A DNA stretch of 64,000 nt from Squalus acanthias. Lineage: Eukaryota. The position numbers and the translations under genes were made by a program. The stretch lies in NCBI GenBank assembly GCA_030390025.1, contig CM059432.1, positions 106,952,001-107,016,000 of the forward strand. The letters are read 5' to 3'. Shown piece by piece: positions 38,735-50,765 of the stretch (position 1 is its first letter; the number at the start of each line of letters is the position of its first letter). The notes under the pieces are model-generated. The model searched no databases, was not told where the DNA came from, and saw nothing but the letters and a program-made list of their open reading frames with translations.

Positions 38735-39747
38735 ACTCTGCTCTGTCTCACCACCACGTCTCTGAATCCCTCCAATTCTCTGATTTGTCACACTTCTTGA
38801 CCAACATCCAATATTGGATGAGCAGAAATTTCCTCCAACTAATTATTGGGAAGACTGAAGCCATTATCTTTGGTCTCTGCCGCAAACTCTGTTCCCTGGC
38901 CACCAATTCCATCCCTGGCAGCTATCTGAAGCTGAACCAGACCGTTCGCAAGCTTGGTGTTGTGTTTGACCCCGAGATGAGCTTCCGACCACATATCTGC
39001 TCGATCACCAAGACTTCCAACTCTGTAACATCGCCCAACTCCGCCCCTGTCTCAGCTCATCTGCTGCTGAAACCTCCATCCATGCCTTTGTTACTTCTCG
39101 ACTTGACTATTCCAATGCTCTCTTGGCTGGCCTCCCATCTTTCACCCTACATAAACTTGCACTCATCCAAAATCTGCTGCCCATATCTTAACTCACTGCA
39201 AGTCTCTTTCATCCATCACCCCTGTGCTTGCTGACCTTCACTGGCTCCCGGTCCAACAACACCTCAATTTTAAAATCCTCATCCTTGTTTGCAAATCCCT
39301 CCATGGCCTCATCCTTCCCTATCTCTCTAACCTCCTCCAGCCCCACAAGCCTTCAAGATCTCTCCAATTATGGCCTCTTGCGCATCCCCAATTTTAATCA
39401 CTGCACCATTGGCAGCCGTGCTTTCAGCTGTCTTGGCCCTAAGCTCTGGAATTCCCTCCCTGAACCTCAGCATCTCTACCTCTCTCTCCTCCTTTAAGAT
39501 GCTCCTTAAAACCTACAAGCTTTTGGTCATCTGTCCTGATATCCCCTTCTGTGGCTCTGTCAAAAATGTTTTTATTGATACAATAGCAAAATGCTGCGAA
39601 TGCTGGAAATCTGAAATAACAGAAAATGCTGGAAACGCTCAGCAGGTCAGGCAGCATCTGTGGAGAGATGTTTTTATTGATATCGCACTTGTTAAGCACC
39701 TTGGGACATTTTGCTATGTTAAATGCGCTATATAAATGTAAGTTGTT
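38735..39747 (+). mobile_element. L2-type LINE 3' fragment
   Basis: [37 protein letters not shown] and GSRAFSCLGPKLWNSLP. Tail gcgctatataaatgtaagttg. Confidence 0.8.
39581..39667 (-). mobile_element. 87-bp Penelope tail fragment with 15-bp target-site duplication
   Basis: Matches the Penelope end at 55295-55385. Flanked by ATGTTTTTATTGATA at 39566-39580 and 39668-39682. Confidence 0.85.
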
Positions 39748-40129
39748 GAGAAATAATTTATATATAACCTTTAATTTAATGCAAAGTGTGAATTCAAATT
39801 GGTTTTCATTATAGCCCATGTAAAATCCAGTAAGGCAAGTTAGGCAATAAGCAAAACTGGAGGAGAGGTGCATGTTCCTTTGGATGATTATTCATGTAGA
39901 AATTACGCCTACCATGCCCACAACCTGTAAGAACACCCTTAGGTAGCTACCTGCATTTAAAAAAAAAAATGCTGTAAACACTCCGCAGGCAGCAACTCTG
40001 GACAGAGGCCAGAACACATGCGTATTATTCACGTCGGAGGCAAGTGTGCAAGTCTTACAGCTGGTCATTAAAATTGGAGCCACAATACACAACATCACAA
40101 TAACAGAAACCAAAAGGTCAATCACAGCA

Positions 40130-42513
40130 ACATAAGAACATAAGAAATAGGAGCAGGAGTAGACCAATCGGCCCCTCGAGCCTGCTCCGCCATTCAATGA
40201 GATCATGGCTGATCTGATCCAACCTCAACTCTAAAGAACACAAGAAGTAGGAGCAGGACCAGGCCACTCGGCCCCTGGGCCCGCTCCGCCACCCACAGGG
40301 CCTTGACCGATCCGAACTCAAATTCATGTCCAATTTCCAGCCCGCTCCCCATAACCCCTGATTCCCTTTACTTCTAGGAAACGGTCTATTTCTGTTTTAA
40401 ATTTATTTAATGAAGTAGGTTCCACAGCTTCCTGGGGTAGCAAATTCCACAGACCCACTACCCTCTGAGTGAAAAAGTTTCTCCTCATCTCAGTTTTGAA
40501 AGAGGAGCCCCTTATTCTAAGATTATGTCCCCTAGTTCTAGTTTCACACATCATTGGGAACATCCTCACCACGTCCACCCGATCAAGCCCCTTCACAATC
40601 TTATATGTTTCAATAAGATCGCCTCTCATTCTTCTGAACTCCAATGAGTAGAGTCCCAATCTACTCAACCTCTCCTCGTATGTCCACCCCCTCATCCCCG
40701 AAATTAACCGAGTGAACCTTCTTTGTACTGCCTCGAGAGCAAGTATGTCTTTTCTTAAGTATGGACACCAAAACTGTATGCAGTACTCCAGGTGCGGTCT
40801 CACCAATATCCTATACAACTGCAGCAATACCTCCCTGTTTTTATATTCTATCCCCCTAGCAATAAAAGCCAACATTCCATTGGCTTTCTTGATCACCTGC
40901 TGCACCTGCATACTAACTTTTTGATTTTCTTGCACCAAGACCCCCAGATCCCTTTGTACTGCAGTACTTTCCAGTTTCTCGCCATTAAGATAATAACTTG
41001 CTCTTTGATTTTTCCTGCCAAAGTGCATAACCTCACATTTTCCAATATTGTATTGCATCTGCCAAATCTCTGCCCACTCACCCAGCCTGTAGGTTTTTTA
41101 TGTCCTCCTCACTCTCTACTTTCCCTCCCATCTTTGTATCATCTGCAAACTTTGATATGTTACACTCAGTCCCCTCCTCCAAATCGTTAATATAGATTGT
41201 AAAGAGTTGGGGACCCAGCACCGACCCCTGCGGAACACCACTGGCTACTGGTTGCCAGTCCGAGAATGAACCATTTATCCCAACTCTCTGCTTCCTGTTA
41301 GATAACCAATCCTCCACCCATGCCAGAATATTACCCCCAATCCAGTGATTTTTTTATCTTGAGTAATAATCTTTTATGTGGCACCTTGTCGAATGCCTTC
41401 TGGAAGTCTAAATACACTACATCCACTGGTTCCCCTTTATCCACCCTGTACGTTATGTCCTCAAAGAACTCGAGCAAATTTGTCAGACATGACTTCCCCT
41501 TCATAAAGCCATGCTGACTTTGTCCTATTAAATTATGTTTATCTAAATGTTCCGTTACTGTCTCCTTAATAATAGACTCCCAAATTTTACCCACCACAGA
41601 TGTTAGGCTAACTGGTCTATAATTTCCAGCCTTCTGCCTACAACCCTTTTTAAATAAGGGTGTTACATTAGCAGTTTTCCAATCTGCCGGGACCTTTGCT
41701 GAGTTCAGGGAGTTTTGGAAAATTATTACCAAAGCATCCACAATTCCTACTGCCACTTCCCTCAAGACCCTAGGATGTAAGCCATCAGGTCCAGGGGATT
41801 TATCCGCCTTGAGTCCCATTATTTTACTGAGTACCAATTCCTTAGTGATTTTAATCGTATTTAGCTCCTCCCCCACTAGAGCCCCCTGTTTGTCCAGTGT
41901 TGGGATATTCTTAGTGTCCTCTACCGTAAAGACTGAAACAAAATATTTGTTCAGCATTTTTGCCATCTCCATGTTTCCCACCATTAATTTCCCGGTCTCA
42001 TCCTCTAAGGGACCTACGTTTGCCTTAACCACCCTTTTTCTTTTTATATAACTATAGAAACTCTTGCTATCTGTTTTTATATTTTTTGCTAATTTATTTT
42101 CATAGTCTATTTTCCCTTTCTTAATCAATCCTTTAGTTACTTTTTGTTGTCTTTTGAAGACTTCCCAATTTTCTATCCTCCCGCTAAGTTTGGCTACCTT
42201 ATATGTCCTTGTTTTTAGTTGGATACTTTCTTTAATTTCTTTACTTAGCCATGGATGGCTGTCATTTCTTTTACACCCTTTTTTCCTCAGTGGAATATAT
42301 TTATTTTGTAAGTTGTAAAATAACTCCTTGAATGAACACCACTGCTCATGTACCGTCTTACCCTTTAATCTATTTTCCCAGTCCACTTTAATCAATTCTG
42401 CTCTCATGCCATCATAGTCTCCTTTATTCAAGCTCAGTATGCTTGTTTGAGAACCAACCTTCTCACCCTCTAATTGGATATGGAATTCAACCATATTATG
42501 GTCACTCATTCCA
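40130..42513 (-). mobile_element. CR1 LINE copy H (young, 5'-truncated) with two tandem 3' tails
   Basis: Long ORFs of 392, 79 and 244 aa cover the RT. Tails at about 40130-40231 and 40232-40320. Confidence 0.93.
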
Positions 42514-44673
42514 ACGGTGTGCTATTAAACATAAAGGCAACTCTGTATACAGTAAAACAAAGGCAAAACTTTAGTAGCCATTGCCCACTACAAAAGGTCT
42601 ACTAGGACATCATCGTCCGAAGCTCAGGCTGTAGTAGAAGAAATATCATCAAGGGACTGCAGGTGTTCAGCAGAACACAGTACGCAGCACATGATATTCA
42701 CGCAACCCCAACTCCTACAATTTGCATTTTCCATGCACAAAGCATGAAAACTTTGACCTACACCCCTAAGCAGCTCCCTTCCCCACCATACCACTAAACA
42801 ACATCTACCCGAAAGAAACAAAATCACATAAAAAGCACAAATTAACACTAACGCAGAAATCAGGGAAAGACAAAGCAGCAGCATTCTGCGCACGCACACA
42901 CAGAGCAATTAAAAAACAACACGGTAAAAGGCAAACTATTATCTTAAAGCCTACCATTGCAAAGACATGGGGGAATATATATTAGAGAGAAAAGTGGGGG
43001 AAGCAGTAATGGTCTCAACAACAATCTCCACTGTTTGCATCTCTCCAGTCCAAAAAAAATCCATTCACCACCAATTTCTTTTCTGTCCTTTAGCCAACTT
43101 CCTACCCATGCTGCAACATTTCCTTTAACTTTGTGTGGCTTAATTGTAATCAAAAATCCTCCTATATAGCACTTAATAAAACATTTATTTTATAATTTTG
43201 AACCTTGATGGTGTCTGCACTATGGGTATTTGTCAACCAATTCCCTGTGGATTTGCAGACTTGTGAAGTAATACTGGCTCCCAAATGGTGTAAATGACCT
43301 GTTTACAGTTGTTTGGCCAAATGCAGATACCTCCACAAAAAGCACTGGATTACCTCCTTGTCGTGCTGTTATATTACATACCTAAAAATGGTTTTTGGCT
43401 AGATCTTTATCACCACCTGTGCATTTCAAATTAAAAGTCTGCTTTGAGATCCAGGTCCCTTCTCATTTTTGAGCCCTCCCATATCTGCAGTGGGTATGGA
43501 GGACTTTGTGACATTGCTTCCCATAGTGTTTGCCAAAGGCTGAAACAGAGGGAGGGATAATAAATGAATCCAAGGTGAATGAAAATCCAAGGCTCTGTAC
43601 ATGGAAGGGTGTGAGCAAAGACTACAGCCACCAGCACAGGGATACGAGCAGAGGCCAGGATGGAGAGTGGAAACCTCCAGATGGCGCTCTTTTGAACCTT
43701 CCTTGGACCTGCACAATCTTCAAAGGGATGGAAAGTGGAGGGACTGACATTCCTTGTTTATTTCCCTGCAAACCGCTCAAGGGGGAAAAAACAAATGTAC
43801 GGCACAAATGACATATCAAATTAGAGGGGAACATTCCGACAAAATTAAAGAGTAATAAGAAGTGCCACAGTTGATTTTACTTGTCTGGTCACTGTTTGGC
43901 TCAGAGTGTTAATAATGATTATACTCATATGTCCTGGTCTGACATGTAAATATGCATCAAGGATTGACCTCGTCACACCTGCAATATGGCAATCTTCCAA
44001 GTTAGAGAAAAAGATTTAAAGTTTTTTTAATGGCAGGAAAAAAGATCAGGAAAGATACGAAAATTGGGTGAAATCAAAGTAAATTAGCATGGATAAAGAA
44101 AAAAATAGTGGTGAGAAGGGAGCAAAATCTTCAGTTCACATTTTGTGAACTTTATATTTATATAGGTTCTTTGTTACAGTAATAATGCTACTCATGATAT
44201 GTAAAATACTTCATTACTGTAATAATGCTGTTTTCAGAGTCATGGTACATGAGTTGGAAACCAGGCTGGTTGTCAGTTTAAAAAAAAGTATCTCAAGACC
44301 AGATAAAAAGTAGAGATAAAATGAGAAATTATAGAAAGAAAATAAAGATGAAATGCCATGGGGAGAGATGAAATTGTATAGGAAAGGTCCAACTAATGCA
44401 AACGCGAATGAGGAAAGCAAGAAAAAGCTTTAAAAAAAAAAAACAGCTTGGTAAAGTGTAGTTATTTGGCAGCACTACAGTGCTGTGAGCACAGGGTGCA
44501 ATAAGGTGCTCTGCACTGGTCCACGTGCTTTTTGTATCTTTAGATTCCTCGTTGTACCTTAACAACTTCCATGTCTGTGTATCTTGTTGCACCTTTCTCC
44601 AGGAGTTAGAGAGGTACTGTGTGTGTGTGTTGTAACGCAGTCATAATTATCCGTTTTGATTTTCTACTTTTAG

Positions 44674-44949
44674 GTTTCATTGCGTCAGACATGACGTCAA
44701 GGAATTCTAGCACCCAACTTTGGCTCATCACTCATTATCATGAGAACGGTTCACTCTATGACTATCTACAACGAAATACAGTGGACACTGTAGTTTGCCT
44801 GAATTTTGCCTTATCTATAGCCAATGGTCTGGTGCACCTCCACAATGAAATTTTTGGAACTGAGGGAAAACCTGCAATCGCTCACAGAGATCTGAAAAGC
44901 AAAAATATCTTAGTAAAAAAGAACCTGCATTGTTGCATTGCTGATCTTG
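44674..44949 (+). CDS. acvr1l: ACVR1-family exon: kinase L45 loop to catalytic loop
   Basis: cttttag|GT..CTT G|gtgagt, 276 bp, [64 protein letters not shown]. Confidence 0.97.
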
Positions 44950-45038
44950 GTGAGTACTTAAAGGTCTGCACGGTCTTCACTTTTGAAGAAAAAAACTTTT
45001 GGCGATAATGCTGTATTAATCAACATCTCTTTTTGTAG

Positions 45039-45236
45039 GGTTAGCAGTGATGCATTCACAAACTAACAATCAGTTGGATGTTGGGAATAATCCAAAAGTG
45101 GGCACGAAACGATATATGGCGCCAGAAGTACTTGAGGAATCTATTCAAGTTGACTGTTTTGATGCCTACAAACGTGTAGACATCTGGGCATTTGGACTTG
45201 TATTGTGGGAAGTAACTAGGAGAACATTCAGTAATG
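45039..45236 (+). CDS. acvr1l: ACVR1-family exon: activation segment
   Basis: ttttgtag|GG..AAT G|gtgagc, 198 bp, [66 protein letters not shown]. Confidence 0.97.
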
Positions 45237-45897
45237 GTGAGCATTACTACAGCTACTACTTTTGCAAGTATCTTTTTCTATTACAAGGCCAGACATCTCA
45301 ATCAAGTTGAATTCAAGAAACGAAAAGTAAATTACTTGAAATGATAATTTTATGCCTTAAGTAAATCAAATGATCATGTGTTTAAAAATTGTTAATGTTT
45401 AACCTTTACATAGTTCCCAGAATTGCAGTATATTTAGTAACCTGCTCAATATTGTAAAATCTTATTGGCAAGCTGTTTCTAGCCAGTGTTCTTTAATCAG
45501 GAATCAATTCTAAAAACTGCTCCACTGTTGGTAGGTATTTCAGCCACCATGTCGGCGTTCTCTTCCTAAACCCATTCCCTTTGATAATTTACCTCCCAAC
45601 CTTCAAAAAGCCCCCTTAAAACCTACGCCTTCTTTCCCACTTCCTATTTGCTGTCCCCAGCTCCTCCAATAACACACATCGGTAGGTTTTATTATGTAGA
45701 AGATGTTCTATAAATGTAAGTTGCTCACTAGGAGACCCAATTGGTACAGTTCTGGACATTCTGAGTAACCGTCTTGCAGGTCAATTCTGGAATATGCATC
45801 CACAAATGCAAAGCGAGGGCTACACAGGTACTCTCTTGATGTGCACATGTGCAGCCTGCATGGCTAGGCATTTAATTGAAGACTGGGTGCAGAAAAA

Positions 45898-46112
45898 GAA
45901 AGACTTGCATTTATATAGCACTTTTCATGTCCTCCGGATGTCCCAAAGTGCTTTATAGCCCAATGTACTACTTTTGAAGTGCAGTTACTGTTGTAATGTA
46001 GAAAACGCAGCAACCAATTTGCGCACAGCAAGGTCCCATAAACAGCAATGTGATAAAGACCAGATAAACTGTTTTAGTGATGTTGGTTGAGGGATAGATA
46101 TTGGTCAGGACA
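45898..46112 (-). mobile_element. 3' half of a Deu-domain SINE
   Basis: cttgcatttatatagc..gatgttggttgagggatagatattggtcaggaca is the reverse complement of the 59960-60172 region. Confidence 0.7.
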
Positions 46113-46942
46113 GAAGTGAGGTAAAAATATTGTATAGCGATCAGGGATGGGAATCCTGGAGCCCAATCCTTATGCGTCCACACTTGTGCACTTCTAGTTG
46201 GAGTCAGGAGCTGAAATGCTGACCCAATGTTCTCCCTATCCCAAGTTCAATTATTGTATCCCTACCTCAGCCCTGGTGAGATCAGCCAACTCGGCACAGA
46301 ATGCAAATCAAATTTGGGTTTGTATGATTCATGCTGAGCAGATCAGCTACTCAATGATTAAACCTACTAAGTCATTAGAGAAACGATCTGTTCTTCACAT
46401 AGCAGTTGCCCATACATTTAAATCAGGAGCATATCGCACAACATCACATTGTGGTCCAAAATCTTTGGGCCGTTCTTAAGAATGGCCTAAGAAAAAACAC
46501 AAGATGCTGCTTCAGGCTTCGACCCTTCACAAAACATTGGAGAATAACACGGGACTGGACTGTGGACTTTTCCACAACTCTTAGCGCTGGTGCTCTATGT
46601 CATGAGAAGAGCAGTTTAAACAGGATGAATTCCCTCTCAACCAAATTGGGACCCCTGCATCCCATATACAGCTCTAGCCTATACCTTATCCCAAGTCTGT
46701 TTAAACTTACCCAACTGGTGTAGATGAGCCGAGTGATTAAGGACCACCGATTCAGGATTATTTTGATTTCCAAATGCAAGTCAAATGTTCAAACATTTCA
46801 ACATTATGCTTTACATGTTGTTATAAAGTTAAAAGTACAAAGATTTAAAAAGAATTCAAAGTTTTTGCTTTACCGTTCCTGTAACAGGAAGTGGTGCAGA
46901 AATTTCTTGGGCACAACTTTGAACACGGCATTCCCTGGCCTT

Positions 46943-47725
46943 GGGGCCGGTGAGATCGCCCGCCTTGAGAACCCCGGGGCCGGTGAGATCGCCCGCCTTG
47001 AGGACCCCGGGGCCGGTGAGATCGCCCGCCTTGAGGACCCCGGGGCCGGTGAGATCGCCCGCCTCGAGAACCCCGGGGCCGGTGAGATCGCCCGCCTTGA
47101 GGACCCCGGGGCCGGTGAGATCGCCCGCCTTGAGGACCCCGTGGCCAGTGAGATCGCCCGCCTCGAGGACCCCGGGGCCGGTGAGATCGCCCGCCTCGAG
47201 GACCCCGGGGCCGGTGAGATCGCCCGCCTCGAGGACCCCGGGGCCGGTGAGATCGTCTGCCTCGAGGACCCCGGGGCCGGTGAGATCGCCCGCCTCGAGG
47301 ACCCCGGGGCCGGTGAGATCGCCCGCCTCGAGGACCCCGGGGCCGGTGAGATCGCCCGCCTCGAGGACCCCGGGGCTGGTGAGATCGCCCGCCTCGAGGA
47401 CCCCGGGGCCGGTGAGATCGCCCGCCTCGAGGACCCCGGGGCCGGTGAGATCGCCCGCCTCGAGGACCCCGGGGCCGGTGAGATCGCCCGCCTCGAGGAC
47501 CCCGGGGCCGGTGAGATCGACCGCCTCGAGGACCCCGGGGCCGGTGAGATCGCCCGCCTCGAGGACCCCGGGGCATCGCCCGCCTCGAGGACCCCGGGGC
47601 CGGTGAGATCGCCCGCTTCGAGAACCCCGGGGCCGGTGAGATCGCCCGCCTCGAGGACCCCAGGGCATCGTCCGCCTCGAGGACCCCGGGGCCGGGCATC
47701 GCCCGCCTCGAGGACCCCGGGGCAT
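46943..47725. repeat. 33-bp GC-rich minisatellite (about 24 units, with shortened variants at the right end)
   Basis: Unit ggggccggtgagatcgcccgcctcgaggacccc has period 33 from 46943 to 47569, then mixed 33-bp and shorter units. Confidence 0.97.
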
Positions 47726-47843
47726 TGCCTCTTGACGTCAGCCATCTTGATCCTTTTTGGGTTGTAACATTTATTTAGGATAGTTTTACACTGTGTAATT
47801 CAAATTACATGTGCTTAGTAGCTTAATTCTTCTCACTTTGCAG

Positions 47844-47974
47844 GTATTGCAGAAGAGTATAAACCTCCATTCTATGATCTGGTACCGAATGACCCTAGCT
47901 TTGAAGATATGCGAAAAATTGTATGTGTGGAACAGCAAAGACCAAATATTCCCAACAGATGGTTCTCGGACCCT
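47844..47974 (+). CDS. acvr1l: ACVR1-family exon: kinase C-lobe
   Basis: ctttgcag|GT..CCT|gtgagt, 131 bp, [43 protein letters not shown]. Confidence 0.96.
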
Positions 47975-48549
47975 GTGAGTTCAATACCATTTGTTTTGTA
48001 CAATATAATATAATTTTATCAATTTGCCATTTCATTCCAGGGTAATTGATCACACTGTACCTGCCAAGGCTGTTGCATTCTCTTCTCACTTTATCTGCAG
48101 TATTCATGATCTCTCCCTGAATCTGTGATCTTTTCATCTTCTGCATTCTCATTTTCATCTATGGAATCTCACTGAAACACAAGTTTCACATCTTTCTGAC
48201 TCTTCCAAATTGCCTCCTATATTTTCACCTTCAACTTCTAATCCAAAGGAAGTGCATGCACTTATGTTTGTTCTGATATCCCTACTGATCAGCTTGGCTC
48301 CCTTGAATCGGCTGCCTTTGATCTCCTGTGCCTAAGAGGTGGACGTGTGACATAGTGGCCCGGACATTTCTCAGATCTATGAAATGGGAGCAGGTCCAAG
48401 GAATCCCCGGCCAGTGAGTTCTAATGATATGATTGGACTTCATATTAAAATCCAAAAGTGTAAGGAGGCAGAATTAAATCAGCTAAAGTGACAAAGCTGC
48501 TGAAGTATTCTGGGTTACCAGCTATATCTACACTGACATTAATTATGCA

Positions 48550-48760
48550 TGATGTGGAGATGCCGGTGTTGGACTGGGGTGGACAAATGTGAGCAGTCGC
48601 ACAACACCAGGTTATAGTCCAACAGCTTTATTTGAAATCACAAGCTTTCGGAGTGCTGCTCTTTCGTCAGGTGAAGTGACCTGACGAAGGAGCAGCGCTC
48701 CGAAAGCTTGTGATTTCGAATAAAGCTGTTGGACTATAACCTGGTGTTGTGCGACTTCTC
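48550..48760. mobile_element. Palindromic Penelope-type mini element with two opposed hammerhead motifs
   Basis: Inverted arms of about 87 bp (48586-48672 and 48679-48765). CTGACGA-A-GGAGC/AGC/GCTCC-GAAA at 48681-48705. Direct repeat ACATTAATTATGCA at 48536-48549 and 48761-48774. Confidence 0.8.
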
Positions 48761-49399
48761 ACATTAATTATGCAGATATACTGTTTCTTACAAAGAGAAC
48801 ACGGAACATGAATTTCTGAAGGGGCGCAGCAGAAAAAATAGTTTGGGAACCTCCAATCTATCTGCTCTCTGCTGGGCTCTTCTGACTCTCATATCTGCCT
48901 CTCGTACAGTAGCCTGCCACAAACTGCGCTCTGTAAACCAGTCCTGCCTCATTTGACGTTCTATTGTAAACTCACCAATCCCAGTGTGAACCTGTGCTCA
49001 AGCGGAGCATGGGTCAGAGAATCACCGTTAGTGTTGTAGCCCTATCTCCAAGGTGGGTTTGCTTTAAGCATGGCATCCTGTTGGGAGCCTGGGATTGGAG
49101 AATTTAGCTTCAAGGTCAGCCAACCTGGAGGGTCGTTTCAATTGTGTCCTGCCTTTCCCCGTTCAAATGCTTTCATTCTCTTCCCCATTCTATCTGTGCC
49201 AATGAAGTAAGTGGTGTTCTAGGTGGCATGGAAAGTTTTATATCTCACTGTTACTCTTCTGTCATCTGGTAACCCATCTTAGTTGAGTCATGCCTGCAGT
49301 TCTACTGGGACTTGTAAATAAATATTTTGCCTATTGAATTTGGTTTCCCCTTTCATTCCAAACATTACTTTTGCCCCTCAAAAGTTCTAAAAATGATAA

Positions 49400-50220
49400 T
49401 TTGAACTTGTATATCACACCTTTAACATGTAAAAGAAGTGCTTCACAGAGGTAAAAATAACCAGAAATCAAACAATGGTGAGAAGGATTAGGGATTGAGG
49501 GCAAAGTCAAGATTAAAGAAGTAGGTTTTCAGGAAGATTTTGAAGGAGGGTAGAGAGGTAGTGAGGCAGAGGGTTTTTCGGAGAACTGAGAGTGTGGGCC
49601 AAGATGGCTAAAAGCTCTGGCCATCGGTGAAGTGGAGGGAGGGGGATGCAAAGGATTCCAGAGTTGGAAGAGCAGACAGTGTGTGGAGGAACATGGGGCT
49701 GAAGGAGGTTGTAAAAGTAGAGAAGGGCAATGCCATGGAGAGATTTATAGATGAGGACAAGGATTTTGACATCGATATGTTGAAAGACGGAACCAGTTAA
49801 GGTTGTCAAGGACAGTGGTGATTGCTGAACGGGATTTGGACAGTGGAGATTTGGCATATCCGGTGTAAAGGGTGGAACTCGGGAGTAGAGCATTAGAATA
49901 CTTGCATCTGGAAGTGGCCAACTGTGGAATAAATGTTTTAGTAACAGTCGGGGTTAGTTAGGGGCCAAGGTGGGCAACGTTGTACGGGTGGAAATAGGTA
50001 GTTTTGATGGTGGCTAGCATGTGGGCTTTGATGCTCAGCTTCGAGTTAAATGCCACCGAGGTTGTGCACCGTCGGAAGGGGAAGAGTTTGGGGCTAAGGT
50101 GAAATTAGTTCTTACTCATCCAGGATTTGGTGTCAGCTGATCAGTCAGATAGCACAGTGGTGGTTGAGGAATAAAGGATTGTGGCAGAGAGGTAGAGCTG
50201 GGTATCATGAGCATGCATGG
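49400..50220 (-). mobile_element. Old L2-type LINE fragment
   Basis: Minus translation IDVKILVLIYKSLHGIALLYF..LLQP resembles the L2 C-terminus at about 39260-39350. Confidence 0.55.
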
Positions 50221-50597
50221 ACCATGCAGGCAAGAAAAAGAAAGGAGCCAACGATGGAGCAAGAGGACAAGCTATTACAGAAGATATTCATTGGTATAGA
50301 TAAGAGCAGGGGTGTCAAACTCAATTTATATGGTGGGCCTGATCCTGGCACTTGGCATGGGCCACATTCAGCAAAAGTTATTTGGACGCAACGGGGTAGA
50401 AATTGGGATGCATTTTGCCTGTTGTTTGGGTGTAAAATGTGTACAATGTATACTAATTTCTGGGCACAAGTTCCTGCAACTGATCTATGCCAGCGACACG
50501 GCTATCGCCATATTGGCCCTCACTATTTTTAGACGTCCCTGACAGCCGCCTGAAATCAGCGTTGGATCAATTTAAATATGCAAAGAAGGATCATGTG

Positions 50598-50765
50598 CAA
50601 TGTTCCCTCTAAGCCGCGCGGCCGCATGGATGTGTAGTGTCTGAGGTCCCGCGCAAGCTGCTCACTGGCTTATGCATTGTAAAAACTGCGCGTGCGCAAA
50701 ATTTGAATGTGCCGTGAAGCAATTTAAAGGGATCGCGCACAAAAACAAAAATTAGAAGAACATTG
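50598..50765. mobile_element. hAT-like MITE
   Basis: TIRs CAATGTTCCCTCTAA ... TTAGAAGAACATTG. Degenerate 8-bp flanks ATCATGTG/GTCCTGTG. Confidence 0.7.

Noticed and set aside
38398..39234. 278-aa kinase/RT fusion ORF
   Set aside because: It is a chance open frame joining a CR1 tail, the real 147-bp exon and an L2 fragment. Canonical splice sites delimit the exon.
46724..47767. Five overlapping long ORFs (221-347 aa) with 11-residue repeats
   Set aside because: These are a by-product of a 33-bp GC-rich unit that lacks stops in most frames. The region is an intron, with no domain or splice support.
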